From Halocafeteria seosinensis (taxonomy: Eukaryota): 64,000 nucleotides of DNA. Below the pieces are notes generated by a model that was not told the origin of the DNA, did not search any database, and saw only the letters and a program-made list of their open reading frames with translations. Shown one piece after another: positions 23,701 through 36,125 of this stretch; the stretch's first letter is position 1, and every line of letters starts with the position of its first letter. The position numbers were made by a program, and so were the translations under genes. The DNA is taken from positions 1 to 64,000 of the forward strand of contig LVLI01000066.1 in NCBI GenBank assembly GCA_001687465.1. Reading direction: 5' to 3'.

Positions 23701-26700
23701 CTCGAGTTTGCCCATTATATTCTTAAACTCTTTGTCAACCCGATTAAATCGGGGAGCTTCTGATGGCAATGATCCGCGACCAAAAATAGGTTCAAGATAC
23801 ACCCACCTTCTCTGTATCGAATTCAAAGAATCCATACATCCATCAAGAGTGTAAAAACGCGACTCGTAATATGCAGCCTGATCGGCAAACGGTTTGAAGT
23901 AGGGACTATCGCGCAAACTTCCAACTAGACTTTGGTTGTCTCCCACTTCCGCGAAAACATCTCCCCAGTCTCGAATGATGGGCGTTTTCTCACCGTTCAC
24001 GCTGGATTCATGGTATGTAATGTTAAACTCAGATGTCTCGCACCATGCCTGGAGTTCTTGAAGCGCTTCTCTAATTGCAACTTCCCCTTGAGCCCGGCTA
24101 TTCAAGTCCTTCAACCACTTGACAATATCAGCGTTTGTAAGTTTCTCCAAAACGGATCTCTCAAGAAAATGTGAAACATACAGATTTTCCAATCTCATTC
24201 CTTTAGGCATCCCTAATTTCCGGAACACAGTCGACCAGTGTTCTTCCTTGAAGGCATCTCCTCGGGCAAATTTCAAGCCAGGGACAGCCCTCCTGATTAA
24301 GTCAGCATCCCCACTTATCAAGCGTAAAACTTTTTCAGCAATACTTCCACTCTCTTGCTTCTCTCGCTTCTCCTTAACTGTGTCTAACCATTTCGAGGTA
24401 AAATCCTGCAAATCAAACACATGCGCCCGAAAAGAGATCCAATCTTGTCGTAGTAATTGGTCTTTGTCATCGGAATACTGCTTGTAGATGCTCGACTGGT
24501 TTATCAGCTCATTGATCTGATTCTTAACTGACTCTAAATCGTCGAAGGTTGGTTCCTGCAACCCAAAACTTTGGCTGTGTTTGCTCAATGTTTGAGCTTC
24601 TTCATCAAAACTTTCGACTTCTTTCTTCCAATCCTCTAAGGATTCAAATATCTCGAGGACTTTGTCCTTAGACACATTCTCTTCACTTAGTTTACTTGCA
24701 GGATTCAGTTCCTCCCACCGTGCCGCGAACCGTTTTACACGCCTATTAAACTCAACAATATCGCTGGATATCTTTTGCTTTAAATTCTCCCTTTGCTCGT
24801 CAATCATATCGTGGAACGCTTCCATGGCAATTTCTAAGTTTCTCCAATCTTCTGGTATACTCGACAGGCGTTGCGCTACATCAGACAAATCTATGCGCCC
24901 ACCACTGGCACTGCTCTCCGAAGACGTCAAACGGAATAGCATCTGCTTTTCGCTCTCACAGTGTTTATATACTTCCTGCATCTGAGGTTTCTCGTCAGCA
25001 ATTGCTTTCCAATTGCTCTGGGCCTCGGAAATTTCATCAATCGAATTTGGACGCTCGTTCAATTGTTCAATTGAGTTGTGCAAGAACCCCTCGAGCTTTT
25101 TGATGCGATCAACCAGTCGATGTCGGAGTCCCCAAAGAAGTGAGTTGCTCAAACGGTCCAAATGGTCCTCAATAGTAAGCTTCAACTTCGATAGAGATAC
25201 CGTCACGCAGTCTACTCGCTCATAGTCGGGAAGACGCTCAGCCTCTTTTCGAACTTGCTTCAGCGATTTAACGTTGCGTTCCCAATCTTCTGCTGAGATC
25301 ACATGATCCTCCACCAGGTTATCAATATCCCCTTTAATGCACCCTACAACCACCCATTTCTCATACTTTTCCTTTAACTTCGCTAGCCTTGCAAAAAGTA
25401 TTTCAGCCTTCCTATACACTTGTGATAAGCTGTTGGCGTTGAGAGCACGCATTCTTGCAAACAGCCTTGAACGTTCGGTGGACTCCTCTTGGCCGGCTTC
25501 ATCATCGTGCAGTACGCTTTGCAGCGGACGAATAGAGTCTGGAAGCGCTATGAACCGCCTCATTTCACTATAATATTGCGAACGCAATTCTTCTAGTGTC
25601 GGTTGGAATGCGATACTTTTTTCACCCGCTGCAAACACTAATTCGGCACGTAAAGAACCTTCTCCCTGTGAAGATCCTCCAAGATGTTCATTCAAGCTTT
25701 CCAGCCCGAACCTGTAACCTATTTCAACAGCCTTGTATAGTTGGGAGTCCCAATGCCGAAGCCACTGAATCACCTGCTCTTCGCGATAATTACCACTGTG
25801 TATTAGTCGTCGCAAATAATCCTTGATTCCGATTAGTTTTGTCTTCCACGTTGGTTTTTGACGCAGAATGTCAAGTTGCATGAGCGACACCACTTCCCTA
25901 CACAACGTTGCGTGTGTTTTCCGCAGTTTGCGATTGGTGCTCGATACCTTTTCGCTAGATTTTTGTAACTGCTCAACGAACTGAGCACATTTTTTCGGAT
26001 CATTCCATTTTACTGGCTCGCCCGATTGGGACGTTGCGCCAGCTACACGCTCCTCGAACTCCATTAAGGGCTCCAAGAGCATGGGCTTCTGTGAAGGTAT
26101 AATTTGTGTCCCCATGGTGTTGTAAAATTGCGCAACCTTCTGTAATTGCAGGCCATATCTAAAATAATTTTGCGCATTTTTCGTTTCGTCAGAAATTGTT
26201 TTCGGTAGCCGAAGTCCCAGCTCACTTAGCTGTCTTGCTTCCCGCAGCAGTTGTACGAGCCCCTCCGAGTAATTTACAACTAGGTTTCCTTGTTCATCAA
26301 ATTCGACTACTTTTTTATTTAAGTGCAAGTTTAGGCCGTCGCTACCTCTCCTACTTATCGCTTCCTCTGTTGCATTTCTCCATTCTTCAAAGACTTCATT
26401 TTGCCAAGCCGTACAACTAGCCTGAAGATCGTGAGCCACACTAACGAAGTCCTCCCATTCTGGAAGCTCTGCAAGGAACGGTTTCGCTGAGTCTACCATT
26501 TCACGGATCCGAGATCTAGTAGCCTGAGCCCAGACTACGTAGTCTACGACTCGTGATGAAAATTTTCCCGTAAATCCCGCTGATGCGCCACGAACACCAC
26601 TGCTGCCTCCCCCCGAAGATTCTCCGGGAGCTGCGATTTGTCCACGTGCGGACTGAGATTCGAATTCTCCCTCTAGGTTTCTCATAATGGTCGAGAGAAG

Positions 26701-28261
26701 CGCAAGGACCTGCTGCCGCTGGTCGGAGAGCGCCTGTCGAATGTTCTGGCGAGAAAAAACATAAGAGAACCTCGAAAACTCAGCCAGAACCTCACTTGGT
26801 TTATCGAGCATCGACTGATTTTGAGCATTGTCATCCTTCAGCTTTTTATCCTTGGACAATGCTTCTTTTAAGCGGTTTCTCAATGCGTCAATCGCCTCCG
26901 TCTCAAGTGGTTTCAACAAATTTTCAAACTGAGCGACGGCGTTTTCCCAAGAATTTTGAGTGTACACACTGGGCAGCAATGCGATGTTACTACATTTCTT
27001 CAGAGGTTCCATCACTCTCTCTGCCTGTAATTCTTTTATAGTACCGGCTGGAAGAAGCCTGACAAGCTCATTGTAAGTAGCTCGACACTCCAGGATGTTC
27101 CGAAGACGCTGAGCGAAGCGTTCCATAAGATTATCAACGTAGGGACCATGACTCCAGGAATGTTGTGGATGATCCTTCCATAGTTGAGAGGTTAATTCAG
27201 ATGACACTTTTTGCCACGTTTCGCACAGTTTTACACAATCGCGAACTTGCAAGCGGACATCTGTAAAGTCATCCTCCCAAAAGTTTAATGAGCCACAACC
27301 GCTGGGGCTTTGAATGACACGAACAAGGGCATTGGAAATGACCGAAAAGAGATGCCCCATTCTCCATTCTGAAAATCCAATTTCCACATTTTTAGAAGAA
27401 AATGGAATCTTCCATGCTTCGTCAAGGGCGTTCGAGGTCTCCTCCACTAGTTCGATAACTGCTGCTAGTGACTTCCTACCTGCTGTCGCATCCTCAAACG
27501 AGGACAGCACGGGCTCCAATTTTTGCCGCACTTCGGAAGCGTACTCGTAATTCTGTCCTCTAGCGGTCTCTTCCCACTGTTTCCAGTACTTCAGCTCATC
27601 GGCAGGCGTGACGACGCCGGCAATCTTACGAACACTAAACTGCTGAGACCCACCGCTACCAGTAGATCGCTGAACGGCGGTGTTCAAGTTGTCCTCCAAG
27701 TTCGTTAGCATTGTTTGGATTTTATCACCCATAGCGACACTATGATTAGGGTTTTGTAACAACTCTGGTGAAAATATTTCATGCAGAAAGCGGAACAGTG
27801 TATGCAGAGGACCCTCTGCACTTTCGGTAGAGATCAGAACGTTCGATTGCACATTCTCTTCGTCGAGTTCAACAGGTTCTGTTTTAACAAAGTTTATCTC
27901 CCTCACTAGTTGGGATGAGTCCGAATCCGTCTTTTGGGAGGCTTGGGACGCCGCGTTACTTAATGAAACACTTAACGTTGAATTCTGTTGGTCCATCAGG
28001 ATTCTAGCTTGAAGTAGCATGTCACTGCAGCCCATGAAAGCAAGCACCATCCATAGATACACGCAAGGGCATCTACGAAACAATGCCGCATGAACATGTT
28101 CCTCCTTACCTTGGAGTGGATAGGAATTTCGTTAAACAAGTTTCTGAAGCCTCATTCCAGAGCTCCTGACTGTCCCAGGGCCCTATCGCCACAAGTACAT
28201 GTCGTATCCACTGGCGGGCACCCTTGCTCCCCCCTTGGACACCATTCTGATCTGTGCTCAT
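14725..28261 (-). CDS. DYNC2H1: Cytoplasmic dynein-2 (IFT dynein, DHC1b) heavy chain; exons 28261-28110 and 28024-14725, ~4483 aa
   Basis: P-loops GPAGTGKT, GPSGCGKT, GPEGSGK and the dynein-2-type P4 GRSGVGRR; CFDEFNR; stalk/MTBD; YGGRIDN. GTAAGG..TGCAG intron 28109-28025 joins ATG 28261 in frame. Confidence 0.95.
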
Positions 28262-28481
28262 CCTGTGGGAAAGAAGGGAGAGGTGAATATGCAGGTATTA
28301 TCGAACTAAACGGGAGCCAAAGGCCTCCGTCTCTTTTTTGAAATATTTGTTTCGGCTAAAAAGCTTCCCACTCGCTCTTTCCGCCCAATTTTCCTTGTCT
28401 ACCCCTATGAGGCGTTAGTTAAGTAGTGGATACAAGTGCCAATGCAGGATTATACCCGCTGTATACTCGTGTATCAACTGT

Positions 28482-28786
28482 GTAGTCTGATTCGCAACCT
28501 GACGAAATGATTGTTGCCTCGGGAATCTCAGTTCGCGATTCGCGAGAGGCTGCAACAACGGCCATGACCAATCCCAGGAGATGGGAATCTACCTCTGACA
28601 GTTGTGCAAACAGGTTTTAGAAACGCAAAGTGAGCGGATGAAATTTAGCCTGGACTCCTTGGTGGAGGGATTTCATTGATGTTCCGCCGTGGGAGCACGT
28701 AGTTCCACACACATAAAAGGCCTACCGACTAAGTGGAAATGTAGTACACATATGTTCCACGCAGGCGACCTGCGGAATCAGACTAC
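28482..28786. mobile_element. Candidate MITE (~305 bp)
   Basis: Inverted termini GTAGTCTGATT-CGCA (28482-28496) / TGCGGAATCAGACTAC (28771-28786), 1-nt indel. Flanked by direct TGT (28479-28481, 28787-28789) as a possible 3-bp TSD. Confidence 0.5.
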
Positions 28787-29922
28787 TGTACCACGTCTAC
28801 CATCATTATTGATCATGTATCATGTTGCTCGGGCTGAAGCAACGTAACTATCGTGGTGGGTGATAAATAGTACCGTATCCCTGTAAGAACGACATATACG
28901 CACCCATTTGCCGGACACCTGGCCTGGCGTTATAGCAAAACAATCCAATTGGGAAGACTGGAGAATTGAAGACAAGCTCGTAAATTGTCTCAAGCTTCAG
29001 CATGTACCGGCAGTACGTAGGTACTGACTGCATCAGGCTAGAATGGTGTCGATCAATATGTTTCTAAATGCATTGTATCCGACAGGGTAATGCGAAATGG
29101 AAAACTCTATCAGCTCGATCATTCATCTTGAGAAAACAGGAATCAAACTTGTTGTAAATATCCCGTATGTGAACAAAGGGCTCGCTACAACGAAAGGAAA
29201 TGAGCTCTCCTTTACCTTAGCCTCATTCATGAGCTATTCTCGGTCAACCGGTTTGACTCAACCTTGAATTCTCCGTGGCCAAGGATTCATCTCTTGCCAG
29301 AACTTCCCTGGCAGCATATTTCCACTAGTAATCCACATACCAGCCATTCCGACGCAATATATGTAGCTTTAACATCGTCCACAAGAAGCAAGGCTTACAT
29401 TCTCTCATGATCGTAATTATATCCGGCCATATGATTGGCAAGCATTCCGGGGTTAAGTTCAGTCGCAGCAATTCTATAGCCGGGTACAACCAGAGGAGTA
29501 TAGCAACTGCTTCACGCGAAAACATCAGAAAATAAAAAACCATGTAGCAGCATTCTTTATTTTTTGCCTTTGACCCGGCGGACAAAGCCTCATCCTCAAA
29601 GCCTCTCTTCTCCTGAGGTGCAGAACGCGCAGGGCTACGAGGGAAAAGGTTGCTCTTTGCAGTACCGTCGAAAACGACGACACCATTGAAATTATCTTCA
29701 ATACCAACATTACCGGTAAAGACAGTATACCTGTTTTTGAATGGAGCTACACATAGTGCTGACGCATTGCTGAGTCGCCCACATGAACAAGTACTATACC
29801 GAGTACTATGATGCTAGCAGTTACAGTCGATTGTTTCCGCAATGTCACGACATTGACTCTTGGATCCTCAGAGACTGCCACGAAATGTGTTCCTCTACGA
29901 CAACGCAGATACACTGGTGGAA

Positions 29923-31743
29923 TCAGCAAATAATATCGTCCAAAGAGAAAATATCACTCATACCAGGTCGATGATGCGCGCTATATATATAGCCTCGGCA
30001 TCCCATGAACGTCTCCAAACTAGACAAATACCGAAAGCCAGAAGATGTAATTGTTGACTGACTGCATTGATGCATGAGGAGCCACGTCAACCTTGCCATG
30101 TGTTCAAAGGCAGAATCTGTAATTGTTGACTGGTTGCAGGATCCCATGTCGAGTGACTTCAAACTGGACAAGTGTTGAAAAGCAGCATCCGTTATTGTTT
30201 GTTGATTGCATTTACTCATATATAGTGACGTCAAATTGGACAAATATCGAAAAGCGGAATCCGTGATTTCAGGCTGGTTGCAACGCCCCATATCTAGTGA
30301 CTCCAAATTAGATAAATGTCCAAAAGCAGAATCCGTGATAGTTCTTTGATTGCATTGATTCATACCCAGCAATGTCAAAGTTGCGAAGTGCTCAAATGCA
30401 GAATCCGTAATAGTCGACTGGTTGCAGGATCCCATGTCGAGTGACTCCAAATTGGACAAATGTCGAAAAGCAGAGTCCGTGATAGTTCTTTGATTGCATT
30501 GATTCATGTCGAGCCACGTCAACCTTGCCATGTGTTCAAAGGCAGAATCTGTAATTGTTGACTGGTTGCAGGATTCCATGTCGAGTGACTCCAAATTGGA
30601 CAAGTGTTGAAAAGCAGCATCCGTTATTGTTTGTTGATTGCATTTACTCATATATAGTGACGTCAAATTGGACAAGTATCGAAAAGCGGAATCCGTGATT
30701 CCAGGCTGGTTACAACGCCCCATATCTAGTGACTCCAAATTAGATAAATGTCCAAAAGCAGAGTCCGTGATAGTTCTTTGATTGCATTGATTCATACCTA
30801 GCAATGTCAAAGTTGCGAAGTGCTCAAATGCAGAATCCGTAATAGTCGACTGGTTGCAGGATCCCATGTCGAGTGACTCCAAATTGGACAAATATCGAAA
30901 AGCAATATCTGTAATTGTTGACTGAGTACAGTCGTCTATGTTCAATGACGTTAAATTTGACAGGTATTGAAAGGAAGAATCTGTGATCGTCGACTGATCA
31001 CAGTAGCTCATCTCTAGTGATTTCAAACCGGACAGATGCTGAAAGGCCGCAGATGTAACCGTCGATTGATGACAACCAACCATCTTCAGTGTCGTCAAGT
31101 TGGACAAACGTTGAAACGCAAAATCCGTTATCGTAGACTGACGGCAGCGACTTATTTCCAGTGACTTTAAGTTCGGTAAGTATTGAAACGCCGCAGACGT
31201 AACCGTCGATTGATTGCAGTCTATCATGTTTAGTTTTGTCAAGTTAGACAAATGTTGAAACGCAAAATCCGTTATTGTGAATTGACGGCACCAGCTTATT
31301 TCCAGTGACCTTATGTTCTGCAGATGTTGAAAGGCAGAATTGGTCAGTACTCTAGTAAGACATCGCATGCCCACTGACTCCACCGCTGGAGGAAGACGGG
31401 CTATCACAGTGTCCCAGGTTTCCTCTGGACCAGCTACTTCTCTGTCGACTAGCTGGACATGACCGGAATAGTTTGGAAACAGTAAGGGACTAGTATGGCT
31501 ACGGAACTTCCAAGAACACTTTGGCCATGATAGTGAGTGTATCCACGCTTCCCCAGAATCACTTGCCTTCCCGGAGATGTCCAGGCGACCTCGTTTTCGC
31601 CTGTTGCAACGAGTATTGCCAGCGGTGCCAATTTTCCTTGAAGCTATTGTACGCCAGTAGTCTGCGACCGTTTTCTGAAGATCCCCGCCAACGTGGTGTT
31701 GCAACCATGTCTGCAGATAGACCTGGAGCACCAATGCCATCAT
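29923..31743 (-). CDS. Intronless LRR protein (606 aa) with ~18 tandem 24-aa cysteine-containing LRRs
   Basis: Repeat consensus LSNLxxLxMxxCNQxTITDSAFxH. About 135-aa N-terminal cap shared with the pseudogene at 1510. C-terminus looks degenerate (QSTVTAS remnant beyond the stop). Confidence 0.85.
   Translation of the reverse strand: MMALVLQVYLQTWLQHHVGGDLQKTVADYWRTIASRKIGTAGNTRCNRRKRGRLDISGKASDSGEAWIHSLSWPKCSWKFRSHTSPLLFPNYSGHVQLVDREVAGPEETWDTVIARLPPAVESVGMRCLTRVLTNSAFQHLQNIRSLEISWCRQFTITDFAFQHLSNLTKLNMIDCNQSTVTSAAFQYLPNLKSLEISRCRQSTITDFAFQRLSNLTTLKMVGCHQSTVTSAAFQHLSGLKSLEMSYCDQSTITDSSFQYLSNLTSLNIDDCTQSTITDIAFRYLSNLESLDMGSCNQSTITDSAFEHFATLTLLGMNQCNQRTITDSAFGHLSNLESLDMGRCNQPGITDSAFRYLSNLTSLYMSKCNQQTITDAAFQHLSNLESLDMESCNQSTITDSAFEHMARLTWLDMNQCNQRTITDSAFRHLSNLESLDMGSCNQSTITDSAFEHFATLTLLGMNQCNQRTITDSAFGHLSNLESLDMGRCNQPEITDSAFRYLSNLTSLYMSKCNQQTITDAAFQHLSSLKSLDMGSCNQSTITDSAFEHMARLTWLLMHQCSQSTITSSGFRYLSSLETFMGCRGYIYSAHHRPGMSDIFSLDDIIC
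30028..30891 (-). repeat. Near-identical tandem duplication of a 432-bp (six-LRR) block
   Basis: Block 30891-30460 is repeated as 30459-30028 (e.g. AGCAGCATCCGTTATTG at 30181 and 30613). Protein blocks differ at only a few residues until the last repeat. Confidence 0.95.
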
Positions 31744-32458
31744 GTACAGTAGTGTGTCTAGTCCATGCGTCTTGTACGCAGTACAGTAGTCTTCTTATGC
31801 ACTCCTGTACTGTTGAATCAATTTTTTGTTTACAACAATTTCGTTTACTACGTGCTTTAAGTATAGAAGTTTGCGGCTTGACTTCGAAAACTCTCTTTAG
31901 GGAAGTTCAATTGATATACTGAACTTCAAAATGCTGAGCCGTGCCTTGACCAGGTACTGTACTCTCCACATCAGCGACGTCTTATCAAGTTAAGTTCAAA
32001 GATCTACTGTGCAGTTGTACACGTGTACCGGTACAAATGCACAATATTCCGTATCTGTACAGATATAAATGAAAACGCGAGGCTGCGGCAGGCAGATCTG
32101 GCAGATCATCTGGGGTACCAGTGCACCAGCGTGGACCAGTGGCAGTGGTATCATCCATCACAACCTGCGGAAAGCCAGAGTACTGCAGCTTCAGGTACCA
32201 CATGCCACGTAAACTTCCATAACTTGCGTCCAGCTGCGATTCGCGAAGTGGGGTGGAAACTCCCTGAAACTGAAACATGGAACCATTATGAATCATGTAG
32301 AATCGACTGATTGCAGGAATGGCGAATTGGGCAGGCGATGAAAGTCTGCGAGCCCCTTCCAACAGACTGGGCGCATGGCGGATGCTGGTCAACTTTGTGC
32401 AACAACTGTTGTCAAGTACCACTGTAATTGACTTGAAGTACCAGAACTTTCAACTTCG

Positions 32459-32569
32459 TTTGAATTGGCGAGTTCGTTCAAGAAGAGTCATGACCGAAAA
32501 AGCCTCCTCCCCTTTTTGCAGCCATTCAATTTGAAGCTCTTTATGGCCATTTATACAAGATTTTGGCGG
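32459..32569 (+). promoter_or_regulatory. CHR-like (TTTGAA) and E2F-like (TTTGGCGG) motifs upstream of NDC80
   Basis: TTTGAATTGGCGAG at 32459, TTTGAA near 32529 and TTTGGCGG at 32562-32569, 110-220 bp before the ATG. Confidence 0.35.
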
Positions 32570-32680
32570 ATTGCCGTGTCCTATTTTGGTTCTATACAAC
32601 ATACACAGTCATAGAGCTGTCTTTGTAGAAAGTTGAAATTTTACACCATCCTGAGTGTATAGCTCTTGAGGCTTTTCGGG

Positions 32681-34954
32681 ATGAGACGACAGACGCTGAG
32701 TGCCATTGATGGCAACTCACGCCAGCCTCGCGGCTCCATTGGAGGCGCTGCGCGTCGCTCCATGGGTGCCCCAGCCTCCAGAGCCAGTATCCCCAAGAAG
32801 CGCTCTACGAGTCTGTCAAGGTGAGCTACCATATGGTTTACTCAGGGTGTCGTTGGAGCTGTCGTTTGAATCCCCCTTTGGCTCCCCCTTGGAATTGTCC
32901 CTCTGGCCGTTAACTTTCCCCGCGCGCGTCCCTTGCGTATTTATGCGTATACAGCACTTAACCGAGTGTATTTTTTTCATGATGCCCCTGCAGACGGTCG
33001 AGCGTCATGGGAAAGGGGTCATCGAAGAACTCGGACCCGCGCCCGTTAAACAACAAGCAATACCAACAGGAAGAAATTCGAGCTCTCATTACTTTTCTCA
33101 TCAACAACGACTTCCAGGAACGCATTAGCACGAAAATTTTGACGCAACCCACCGCTCGAGATTTCCAACAAATTGTCAAATTTTTGTTCAAACTCATCGA
33201 CCCAAATTACGTCCCCGGCAAAGTGGAAGACGATGTACCGGCTGTCTTTAAAGCCCTCGGGTACGCTTCAGCTCATAATTAACATTTGAGTTCAGAAAAC
33301 CACGCAATTGGTCTGACCTCGATCTGCAGGTACCCATTTGGAATTTCCAAAACGAGTTTGACGGCCGTTGGCTCGCCTCATACATGGCCGTCTCTCCTGG
33401 GAAGCTTGTCGTGGATGGTCGAACTCCTGGAAGTACGCCCCGGAAATTGAATTTGCTGTGTACAGTCATGTATGATGTTTTCTTTTGTTTTGCAGTATGA
33501 CCGCGAGGTACAACAGGCGGAGGAAGAACGGAATGCGAATGGTGACGATGACCAGGCCTTCTTCTTTAATTATTTGCGTGATAGCTACCAAGCATTTCTG
33601 TCGGGAGATGACGATGCGTACGACGCGCTGGACCAACAAATTGCAGCCACTTTCGAGGAAAAATACACATCCATGGAAAATGAAATGAAAGAACTGGAAA
33701 GCCATAATGAGAAGCTTCGCAAGCAGATAGAGGAAATGAAGTCCGCAGAAGTATGTTGGTTTTATTAGTGAGGTTGCTCGTTTTGACATTGACTCACCGC
33801 ACCATCTTGTTTCCGTACTGCCGGTACAGTCTTCTCTGCCTTCATTGAAGCAACGAAAGGAGGACTATGAATCGGACCTGGAGAAACTGACGCAAGCTGT
33901 AAAGCAGAGAGAGAAGAATAAGACAGACATGCAGAACTATCGGGATTCCGTGCAGGCGAAGTACAACGACAAGGTCGAAAAGAAGAACTACCTGGTACAA
34001 CGAATTTCAGAAATCAAAGAAATAATAAGCACTCAGGAAATTTCCCCCGCTGGACTAGAGTCCCTACGTACTCGCAAACAGGAGTTATCAAACGAACACG
34101 AGAAGCTTCAAGAAGAACAAGAAGACTTCAGACGACAAATATCCGAAAATGAGACCCAGCTCTCTCAGAACATGGACAAGGCGGAGGAAAAAGTTGGGCA
34201 TTATAAGCATTATGCGAAAGAGCTTACTGATATTGACAGGCATAACCTTCAGATTGAAGGATCTGACGTGTCGGAGTGGCCTGATTTCCTACAGCAACAA
34301 CTGGTTCCTGCATTAAAGTCCATATTGACGAAGATAAAGAAGAAATCTTCCTCCACTTCGATGGAAATCATTGAAAGCAAAAATAACCTGGATGAGAAGA
34401 AGGAAGAACTTCAGAGTAAACAACAGGAGATCCAGGATATTGAAAGGAAGAGCTCGCAATTAGAGCATGACTATTCAAAAGAAAAAGCAACGTTTGACAA
34501 GCATCAGCATTCACACACCGATAACATGGACACCTTGGAAGAGCAAATTTCTGCAGCACGCGAGCGAAAACTTCGCAATGAAGAGCTGGCGAGAGAATAC
34601 GATGATGCCTATATCGATACGAAGGAAGCTGAGGCTGAGTCGGAGAAAGCCAAGTTAAAAGAGAGCGAAGAAGCAATGCAAAAGAAAATTGACGCTGCCT
34701 TTGGAAAATTAATCAAGCATCGCCAGCGGGTGGACAGCCGGCTAGAGTACGTGATCTCGACATACAAGCAGGAGGCAGAGAAAGTGAACGGAACGGATAA
34801 ACTGGCTTCCTCGTCGGCGTCGGTGTTTCGAAATTCCCAACAAGCTGCTCGACCTCCTCCAGTCCAAGAGTCTGAGACAAGCTTCAGATTTGATTTGGAC
34901 GCTTCCGGGGAAATGGATGACGAGGGACTTCTTTACGTTGATGAAGCACAGTAA
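32681..34954 (+). CDS. NDC80: Kinetochore protein NDC80/HEC1; exons 32681-32820, 32994-33260, 33330-33432, 33496-33750, 33830-34954
   Basis: Basic N-terminal tail (MRRQTL), DPRPL, and CH-domain signature LGYPFGISKTSLTAVGSPHTWPSLLGSLSWMVEL across GT-AG introns, followed by FFFNYL..SY..FL and a long coiled coil. Confidence 0.93.
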
Positions 34955-35274
34955 GTCTACTAGGATGTAAAATATACACCCTGAAGCACGTGTTGCACTC
35001 ATCTCCACTATTTCGGTTGTAATTCTATTCTTTATACCATTTCAGGGAATAGCGCCCCCGAGTAAGCAGAACAAAGTGGCCTGCTGGTCACAAATGAGAA
35101 CGGACTGGAGATTTATGTCTGTCCTGACAGCACCAGCTACGAGATGAAGTTTCACATGATCCGTTGAAACCTGAAAAGTCCACATTCATGACGTATTCAA
35201 TCTTGGACCCACTGCACGATAGGCAATAAAGAAGAAATTCCGTGGCAGTCCTGAGGAGGAGGTGAATGGTGTTG

Positions 35275-36125
35275 GCTTCAATTGACGTCTCCGGATATGA
35301 GTAAGTGCGGGCATTTAACTATTACGCTTTCGACATCTGTGCAATTTGAAGGAGCGACGTATTTACAATTGCAACCAGTCCGGAATCACCGATTCCGCCT
35401 TGCAATACTTGTCAAATTTGACGTCATTGGATATTGATAGATGCTCCCGATTAGCAAGTACGGGGGCTGCCGTCCAATATATGTACCCTTGAAGTCGCTA
35501 CGCATCTGGAACTGCAACCAGTCCGGGATCACTAATTCCACCTTTTAATACTTAACTGATTCGACGTCACTGGAAACAGATGGATGCAAGCAATTAAAAA
35601 TTACTAGTGATGCCTTTCGGCACCTCTCCAACGTGGTTTTACTAAGCATGAGTAACTGCAACCAGTCAGAGATTACAGATTTTGCATTTCAACGCTTGGC
35701 AAATCTTAGATCGCTGGACATTTCTCAATGCAACCAGCGAACCATCACAGATTCTGCTTTCCGACATTTGTTTAATCTGAAGTTGCTAGCGATGCGGGAT
35801 TGCATCCAGTTGGAGATCACCGATTCTGCGTTCAAACACTTGTCAATTTTGATGTATCTGAGTATGAGTCGATGCAACCAACAAACAATTACAGCTTCTG
35901 GCTTTCGGCACTTGTCGAATTTGAGGTCACTGGAGATACGTGAATGCAATCAACGAACAATAACAGATTTCGTCTTTCTGCATTTGTCTAAGTTGGAACA
36001 GTTACGTATGCGATCTTGTAACCAGTCGGAGATCACGATATGCGTCGTTGCAATCAAGGAACTATAACAGATTCTGCCTTTCAACACTTGTAAAATCTGA
36101 TGGAACTACTTATTGTGGGTTGTGA
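35275..36125 (+). pseudogene. LRR-family pseudogene fragment (24-aa CNQxxITDxAF repeats)
   Basis: About 11 recognisable repeats, partly in ORF 35633-36067, with stops (TAA 35546-35548, TAA 36091-36093) and frameshifts. No recognisable N-terminal cap. Confidence 0.85.

Noticed and set aside
32117..32150. ACCAGTG..CACCAGCG..GGCAGTGGT similarity to 59123-59157
   Set aside because: Short, low-complexity, and in opposite orientation relative to the neighbouring genes; could be chance.
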